This document shows positions 58,430 to 64,000 of a DNA stretch of 64,000 nt, piece by piece. Every line of letters begins with the position of its first letter. Positions within the stretch are counted from its first letter, which is position 1. Under the pieces are notes generated by a model. It was not told where the DNA came from, ran no database searches, and saw only the letters and a program-made list of their open reading frames with translations. Both the position numbers and the translations under genes were made by a program. The stretch lies in assembly GCA_035304345.1 (NCBI GenBank), contig DATGQE010000066.1, positions 60,344-124,343 of the forward strand, in the 5' to 3' direction. The DNA comes from Woeseiaceae bacterium. GTDB lineage: Bacteria > Pseudomonadota > Gammaproteobacteria > Steroidobacterales > Woeseiaceae.

Positions 58430-58933
58430 TCAGCTCCCCGTCTCGCCGGCAGCGGCCGGTGCCTCGGCCGCGGGCTGCTCGCCCCCGGCGTCCTCGCTGC
58501 CCTCGTCACCGGCACCGCCCTCGCCCTGCTCGGACTTCCTGGCCAGCGCCGCCTCGGCGGCGGCCTTGGCATCGCGCCGCCGCTGCGACTCGCGCTCGCG
58601 GGCCTTCTCTTCCTCCACGGCGACGGCCATCGGGGACGGGCTGGTGATCGCTTCCTTGCGGGCAATCACCAGGTGGCGCAGCACGGCGTCGTTGAAGCGG
58701 AACGCGCTCTTCAGCTCCTCGAGCGTCTCGTGATTGCACTCGACGTTCATGAGCACGTAGTGCGCCTTGTGGACCTTGTGGATGGGGTGCGCGAGCTGGC
58801 GCCGGCCCCAGTCCTCGGTGCGGTGGATGGCGCCGCCGGCGCCGGTCACCATGCCGTGGTATTTCTCCACCATGGCAGGGACCTGTTCGCTCTGGTCCGG
58901 ATGGACCAGGAACACGATTTCGTAATGTCTCAT
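58430..58933 (-). CDS. rpsF: 30S ribosomal protein S6 (with long Ala/Glu-rich C-terminal tail)
   Basis: ATG at 58933. [18 protein letters not shown] is typical S6. It has a tail of about 70 residues of low complexity. Confidence 0.95.
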   Translation of the reverse strand: MRHYEIVFLVHPDQSEQVPAMVEKYHGMVTGAGGAIHRTEDWGRRQLAHPIHKVHKAHYVLMNVECNHETLEELKSAFRFNDAVLRHLVIARKEAITSPSPMAVAVEEEKARERESQRRRDAKAAAEAALARKSEQGEGGAGDEGSEDAGGEQPAAEAPAAAGETGS

Positions 58934-59056
58934 TGTGGACCCTTTCGGATTACAGCCTCCCGGCATGCCCGGTGAGGCAAGGGCAACCCGCCCGGCGAGC
59001 GGGGACGCGCATCCTAGCGAAGCCCCGGCTCCGGCGCAACCGGGCCCGGGCCGGGC

Positions 59057-59833
59057 TCAGCCCGGCGCCGCGGCCGCCGCGGCCCGCTGGCGCACCGCCT
59101 CGTACAGGCAGATGCCGCACGCGACCGACAGGTTGAGGCTCTGCACCGTGCCGTGCATGGGGAGCCGCACGAGGATGTCGCAGCGCTCCTGCACGCTCCG
59201 GCGCAGCCCGCGGTGCTCCTCGCCCATGACGAAGGCCAGCGGGCCGCCGAGATCGGCCTCGAACAGGCTCTCGCGGGCGGCATCGCTGGTGCCCACGATC
59301 CGCACGCCGTACTCCCGGAGCCAGCCGAGGACCCGGGCGACGTTCGGCACGCTCGCGAACGGCAGGACCTCCGCCGCGCCCGCGGCGACCTTGCTCACGG
59401 CCGGCCCAAGGCCCGCGGCCCCGTGCCGCGGCGCGACCACCGCGTCGGCGCCGGCGGCTTCCGCGGTCCTCAGGCACGCGCCGAGGTTGTGCGGGTCCTG
59501 CACGCCGTCCAGCACGAGCAAGAGGAGCGGCGGCCCGCCGTCCGCCGTCAGGCGCTCCTCGACCAGGGTCCGGAGCCCCGCCTCGTCGAGCACCGTGCTG
59601 CGGCGGATCTCGGCGACGACGCCCTGGTGGCGCGTCTCGCCCGAGAGCTGCGCGAGCCTGGCGCGGTTCGCCGGGCGCACCTCGATGTCGAGCTCGCCCG
59701 CGCGGGCGATCACGGCTTCGACCCGCGGGTTCGCCGTCCGGTACTCGGCGTAGATCGCGCGCACGTCACCCGGGCGGGTCGTGAGCAACTGCTCCACCGC
59801 GCGCAGCCCGGCGACGTAACGTGCGCGGCTCAC
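59057..59833 (-). CDS. rlmB: 23S rRNA (guanosine-2'-O)-methyltransferase RlmB (SpoU/TrmH family)
   Basis: The GTG overlaps the rnr stop (GTGA). SpoU motifs (LVLDGVQDPHNLGA, FVMGEEHRGL, SLNLSVACGI) are present, and it is downstream of rnr as in E. coli. Confidence 0.9.
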   Translation of the reverse strand: MSRARYVAGLRAVEQLLTTRPGDVRAIYAEYRTANPRVEAVIARAGELDIEVRPANRARLAQLSGETRHQGVVAEIRRSTVLDEAGLRTLVEERLTADGGPPLLLLVLDGVQDPHNLGACLRTAEAAGADAVVAPRHGAAGLGPAVSKVAAGAAEVLPFASVPNVARVLGWLREYGVRIVGTSDAARESLFEADLGGPLAFVMGEEHRGLRRSVQERCDILVRLPMHGTVQSLNLSVACGICLYEAVRQRAAAAAAPG

Positions 59834-62061
59834 GCCTGCTGTCGCCGCTTCTTGCGCCGCAGCCCGGACGCGCCGCGCGCACGCTGGCCGTGCGCTTCGG
59901 CATCGTCGCCGATGCGGAAATCGATGTGCCGCATCTCGACGTCCACCCGGGTGACGATGACGGGCAGCCGGTCACCGAGCGAGTAGCGCGTGCCGCTGCG
60001 CTCCCCGACGAGCGACTGCCGCGACGCGTCGAAGCGGTAGTACTCGCTCCCGAGGCTCGAGACGTGCACCAGGCCGTCGATCGGGGGATCGACGATCTGC
60101 ACGAACAGCCCGAAGCTGGTGACCCCGGTCACGACGCCCGGGAACTCCTGCCCGAGCTTGTCCTGCATGAACTGGCACTTGAGGCGCGCTTCCACGTCCC
60201 GCGTTGCATCCTCGGCGCGCCGCTCGTGCGCCGAGCACAACGTGCCGAGCCGCTCCATGTCCTGCGCGGTGTAGGCGTAGTTGCCGGGCTTGCCGCCGCG
60301 CAGTATGTGGCGGATCGCGCGATGGACGAGCAGGTCCGGATAGCGGCGAATCGGCGAGGTGAAGTGCGCATAGGCGTCCAGCGCGAGGCCGAAATGGCCG
60401 ATGTTGCCGGGCGTGTACTCCGCGTGCATCAACGAGCGCAGCATCGCGAGCGCGATCGACGGCGCCTCGGGTCGCCCCTGCACCTGCGCGATGATCTGGT
60501 TGTAATGGCGCGGCTCGACGTGCTCCGGGTGCGGCACCTTGAGGCCCAGGCCGAGGAGGTACTGGCGCAGCTCGTCGAAGCGGTCGGGATCCGGCTTCGC
60601 GTGCACCCGGTAGAGCCCCTGGATGCGGTGCCGGCGCAGGAACTTCGCCGCCTGCACGTTGGCCGCGATCATGCACTCCTCGATCAGGCGGTGTGCGTCG
60701 TTGCGCCCGACGGTGGCGATGCGCCGCACGTCGCCGTTCTCGTCGAGCTCGATGCGCGTTTGCGGAACGTCGAGCTCGATCGCGCCGCGGCGCCGGCGGG
60801 CCCTGGCGAGCGCGCGGTAGAGGCCGTGCAGGTGCGAGAGCGGCCCGTGCAGCGACTTGGGCACGGCATCGCGCGAGCGCCCGACCAGGAACTCGTTCAC
60901 CTGGTCGTAGGTCAGCCGCGCCGCCGAGCGCATCACGCCTTCGAGGAAGCGCGAGCGCGTGACCCGCCCGTCGCGGTCGATGCGCATGTCGCAGGCGAGG
61001 CAGAGCCTGTCGACCTCCGGGTTCAGCGAGCACAGGTCGTTCGACAGCACCTCGGGGAGCATCGGGACGACCCGGTCGGGGAAATACACCGAGGTGCCGC
61101 GCCGGACGGCTTCGCGGTCGATCTCGCTGCCGCGCTCGACGTAGTGGCCGACGTCGGCGATGGCGACGATCAGCCGCCAGCCCTGCCCCGCCGGCTCGCA
61201 GTACACGGCATCGTCGAAATCGCGCGCATCGGCGCCGTCGATCGTGACGAGCGGCAGCCCGCGCAGGTCCACGCGCTCCTGCTTGTCCGCCGCCGACACC
61301 TCCCTGCCGTAGGTCCGCGCCTGGCGCTGCACTTCGTCCGGCCACACGTCGGGGATTGCGTACGCGTGGATCGCGATGTCCGTCGCCATCCCCTTTTGGT
61401 CCGGCGCCCCGATGATGCGCACGATGCGCCCGGTCGGCTGCTCCACCTCGGTGGGGTAGTCGAGGATGCGCACGACCACGACCTGCCCCGGCTTGGCCGA
61501 GGCGCTCTCGCCTTCGGGGATCAGGATCCGGTGCGGGATCTTCGGGTTGTCGGGCACGACGATGCCGATGCCGCGCTCGCGGACGAAGCGGCCGGCGATC
61601 TCCTGCACGCCCCGCTCCAGGATCTTGGCGACCCTCGCCTCCGGCTTGCCGCGATGGTCGCGGCCGATGATGTGGATCGCGACCCGGTCGCCGTCGAAGA
61701 GCTGGCGCATGCGCCGGGCGGACAGCCAGGCGTCCTCGCCGCCGTCGTCGCGCAGCACGAAGCCGTAGCCGTCGCGGTGGCCGATCACCGTGCCGGTGAC
61801 GACCTCGGTCTTCTCGACCAGGCAGTACTCGCCCTGGCGGTTCTGGATGATCTGGCCCGCCTGCACCATGCGGCCGAGGACGTCGAGCAGCGCGGCCCGC
61901 CGCCGCGCGCCCTCGAGCCCGAACGCCTCCATGAGGGCTTCCAGCAGCATCGGGTGGCCCGCGTCCCGGAGCGCCTCGAGGATTTCGGGGCGGCTCGGGA
62001 CAGGGTGCACGTAAGTGCCCTTGCGGCTCTTCCGCGTAGCGGTTTTCCTGCGTTGAATCAA
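59830..62061 (-). CDS. rnr: Ribonuclease R
   Basis: Has the RNB domain (TIDGADARDFDDAV, FTSPIRRYPDLLVHR), a C-terminal S1 domain and a basic tail. The start is uncertain: TTG at 62061 is chosen because the longest ORF (to 62154) leaves only 19 nt before the divergently oriented tRNA-Leu gene (62174). Confidence 0.9.
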   Translation of the reverse strand: MIQRRKTATRKSRKGTYVHPVPSRPEILEALRDAGHPMLLEALMEAFGLEGARRRAALLDVLGRMVQAGQIIQNRQGEYCLVEKTEVVTGTVIGHRDGYGFVLRDDGGEDAWLSARRMRQLFDGDRVAIHIIGRDHRGKPEARVAKILERGVQEIAGRFVRERGIGIVVPDNPKIPHRILIPEGESASAKPGQVVVVRILDYPTEVEQPTGRIVRIIGAPDQKGMATDIAIHAYAIPDVWPDEVQRQARTYGREVSAADKQERVDLRGLPLVTIDGADARDFDDAVYCEPAGQGWRLIVAIADVGHYVERGSEIDREAVRRGTSVYFPDRVVPMLPEVLSNDLCSLNPEVDRLCLACDMRIDRDGRVTRSRFLEGVMRSAARLTYDQVNEFLVGRSRDAVPKSLHGPLSHLHGLYRALARARRRRGAIELDVPQTRIELDENGDVRRIATVGRNDAHRLIEECMIAANVQAAKFLRRHRIQGLYRVHAKPDPDRFDELRQYLLGLGLKVPHPEHVEPRHYNQIIAQVQGRPEAPSIALAMLRSLMHAEYTPGNIGHFGLALDAYAHFTSPIRRYPDLLVHRAIRHILRGGKPGNYAYTAQDMERLGTLCSAHERRAEDATRDVEARLKCQFMQDKLGQEFPGVVTGVTSFGLFVQIVDPPIDGLVHVSSLGSEYYRFDASRQSLVGERSGTRYSLGDRLPVIVTRVDVEMRHIDFRIGDDAEAHGQRARGASGLRRKKRRQQA

Positions 62062-62173
62062 GGTTTTCTCACTGAAGCGGCCGCCGTCCGGCGGCCGATT
62101 GACGGTCCGGGCTACATTCTGTACAGTCCGCCACCCATCCCGCAAAGGCCGCAATTGTACGCGGTCCCACCGT

Positions 62174-62260
<87 letters not shown>

Positions 62261-62285
62261 CGCTCCCTGGCCTGGCGCCCCCGCC

Positions 62286-63257
62286 CTACAGCCAGTCGCG
62301 GCGCTTGAAATACAGGTACGGCAGCACCGCCGAGGCGATCATCAGGCCGATGGCGAACGGATAGCCGAAAACCCACTTCACCTCGGGCATGTGCGTGAAG
62401 TTCATGCCGTAGATGGAGGCGATCAGGGTCGGCGGCAGGAACACCACCGCGGCGACCGAGAAGATCTTGATCGTCGCGTTCTGCTCGATGTTGATCATCC
62501 CGAGCGTCGCGTCCAGCAGGAACGTGATCTTCTGCGACAGGAAACCGGCGTGATCGCTGAGCGACGCCGCGTCGCGGGTCAGGGTTTTCAGGCGCGCGCG
62601 CACGTCGCGAGGGCTCTTGCGCTCCAGCGTGTACTGGGCCAGGAAAGCGAACATGCGTTCCAGGGAAGCGAGACTGTCGCGGACGTTGGAGGAGAGGTCG
62701 CCCTTGAGCCCGATCTCCTCGAGCACGTGCTGGAAATCGCGGCTCTTGCCGCGCGAGTTCGCCGGGTGCCGAAAGATGCTGCGCGATATCCGGTCGACGT
62801 CCCGGCCCACCCGCTCGAGGATGTCCGCCAGGCGATCGATGATCACCTCGAGCAACGCAATCAGCACGGACTCGGCGCTGTCGCAGCCCATGGAGGTTTT
62901 TTCCGCGCGCAGCGGGAACGTGCGAAACGCCTGCGGCTCGTGGAAGCGCACCGTGATCAGCAATCCGTCCGCCAGCACGAACGTGACCGGCGCCATCTCG
63001 GGTACGTCGGCATCCGAACGAGCCGGCAGGATGGCGGTCATGAAGGCCGCGCCGTCCTCGTAATAGAGACGGCTCGAGATCTCGATCTCCTCCATCTCCT
63101 CGCGGCTCGGGATGTTCACGCGCACCGATTGCTCGAGCATGCGTTCTTCCTCCGGCGTCGGCGAGAACACGTCGAACCACAGGGCCTCGGTCGAATCCTG
63201 CTCCGGGGTCTCGAGCGACCGCAACCGGCCGTGATGGGCGGCGTAACGTCGGATCAT
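62286..63257 (-). CDS. corA: Magnesium/cobalt transporter CorA
   Basis: 323-aa product with the YGMNF signature (SIYGMNFTHMPE) and two C-terminal TM helices. Confidence 0.92.
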   Translation of the reverse strand: MIRRYAAHHGRLRSLETPEQDSTEALWFDVFSPTPEEERMLEQSVRVNIPSREEMEEIEISSRLYYEDGAAFMTAILPARSDADVPEMAPVTFVLADGLLITVRFHEPQAFRTFPLRAEKTSMGCDSAESVLIALLEVIIDRLADILERVGRDVDRISRSIFRHPANSRGKSRDFQHVLEEIGLKGDLSSNVRDSLASLERMFAFLAQYTLERKSPRDVRARLKTLTRDAASLSDHAGFLSQKITFLLDATLGMINIEQNATIKIFSVAAVVFLPPTLIASIYGMNFTHMPEVKWVFGYPFAIGLMIASAVLPYLYFKRRDWL

Positions 63258-63298
63258 CCTTCATCCCCCTGGTGAGCGCCCCGGTTCGATCCGGGGCG

Positions 63299-64000
63299 TC
63301 AGTCGACGGCTTTCTTCTGCAGCACGGCGGTCTTCTTGTACAGCGGCACCGGCTGGCTCTGGCCGCGGATGCGCAGGTTGAGCATCTCGACCACGACCGA
63401 GAACGCCATGGCGAAGTAAATGTAGCCCTTCGGTATGTGGAAATCGATGCCCTCGGCGACCAGCGCGACGCCGATCAGCACCAGGAAATTGAGAGCCAGC
63501 ATCTTCACGGTCGGATGACGGTCCACGAAGTCGCCGATCGGCCGCGCGGCGACCATCATCACCAGCACGGCGAGCACGATGGCGAGAATCATCACCGGCA
63601 CGTGCCTCGCCATGCCGACGGCCGTGATCACGGAATCGAGGGAGAAGACGAGATCGATGAGGCCGATCTGGACGATGACGGATGCGAAGCCGGCGTGCTT
63701 CAACTCGACGTGGCGCTCGCGCACGCCTTCGACCGCGTGATGAATCTCGATCGTCGACTTGGCGAGCAGGAACAACCCGCCACAGATCAGGATGAGGTCG
63801 CGGCCCGAGATCTCGTTGCCGAGCACCGTGAACAGGGTGCTCTCGAGCCGCATGATCCAGGTGATCGTGAGCAGCAGCAGGATGCGCATCACCATGGCCA
63901 GGCCGAGGCCGATGATCCGCGCCCGTTGCCGGCTCGCCTCGTGCAGGCGGCCGACCAGGATCGAGATGAAGATGATGTTGTCGACCCCGAGGACGATCTC
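63299..64000 (-). CDS. TerC-family integral membrane protein; 3' part, 5' end lies right of the window
   Basis: The frame stays open to the window edge. The upstream residues EIVLGVDNIIFISILV carry the TerC hallmark. The track ORF (63299..63895) starts at an internal Met. Confidence 0.85.
   Translation of the reverse strand, partial: EIVLGVDNIIFISILVGRLHEASRQRARIIGLGLAMVMRILLLLTITWIMRLESTLFTVLGNEISGRDLILICGGLFLLAKSTIEIHHAVEGVRERHVELKHAGFASVIVQIGLIDLVFSLDSVITAVGMARHVPVMILAIVLAVLVMMVAARPIGDFVDRHPTVKMLALNFLVLIGVALVAEGIDFHIPKGYIYFAMAFSVVVEMLNLRIRGQSQPVPLYKKTAVLQKKAVD

Overview
This is a GC-rich chromosomal window with strong GC3 bias, and nearly all of it is coding. I see no transposase, integrase, phage gene or CRISPR array. 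Many long antisense or out-of-frame ORFs in the track are high-GC shadow frames, not genes. Gene order resembles a gammaproteobacterium of the Xanthomonadales/Chromatiales type (inference from synteny): dapA-lipoprotein next to gcvR-bcp, ypjD next to ffh, rpsP-rimM-trmD-rplS, and rpsF-rpsR-rplI-dnaB-alr.

Content from left to right:
- An ALDH12-type P5C dehydrogenase (5' end outside the window), ybdL and yafV.
- An opgG-opgH glucan operon extended in line by an ASST-like arylsulfotransferase, two small membrane proteins and a PAPS-type sulfotransferase.
- sugE/gdx and tRNA-Ser(GGA).
- dapA, gcvR, bcp, bepA, mlaA and mlaFEDCB, then a class I aldolase.
- An Rrf2-regulated sufBCDSUT operon.
- sixA, sdaA, putA and kbl-tdh, then sppA.
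- A TatT-type (TPR-associated) TRAP transporter.
- A ribosomal/ffh block, a class II cyclic-nucleotide phosphodiesterase, ypjD, a CorC/HlyC transporter and radA.
- A CHASE2 Ser/Thr kinase with a PP2C phosphatase and a dual-FHA protein.
- alr-dnaB-rplI-DUF2232-rpsR-rpsF, rlmB-rnr, tRNA-Leu(CAG), corA and a TerC-family gene (5' end outside the window).

The most novel-looking arrangement is the sulfotransferase pair coupled to opgGH, which could be a periplasmic-glucan sulfation module. Secondary curiosities:
- A 21-nt tandem duplication at the mlaD/mlaC junction.
- An IscR type-1-like palindrome in front of the suf regulator.
- A terminator-like hairpin with a T5 run in the kbl leader.
- An unresolved tatT start that overlaps rplS.
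- Low-GC3 patches inside the kinase/phosphatase/FHA module.

All calls come from reading the translations and the DNA. No database search was run.
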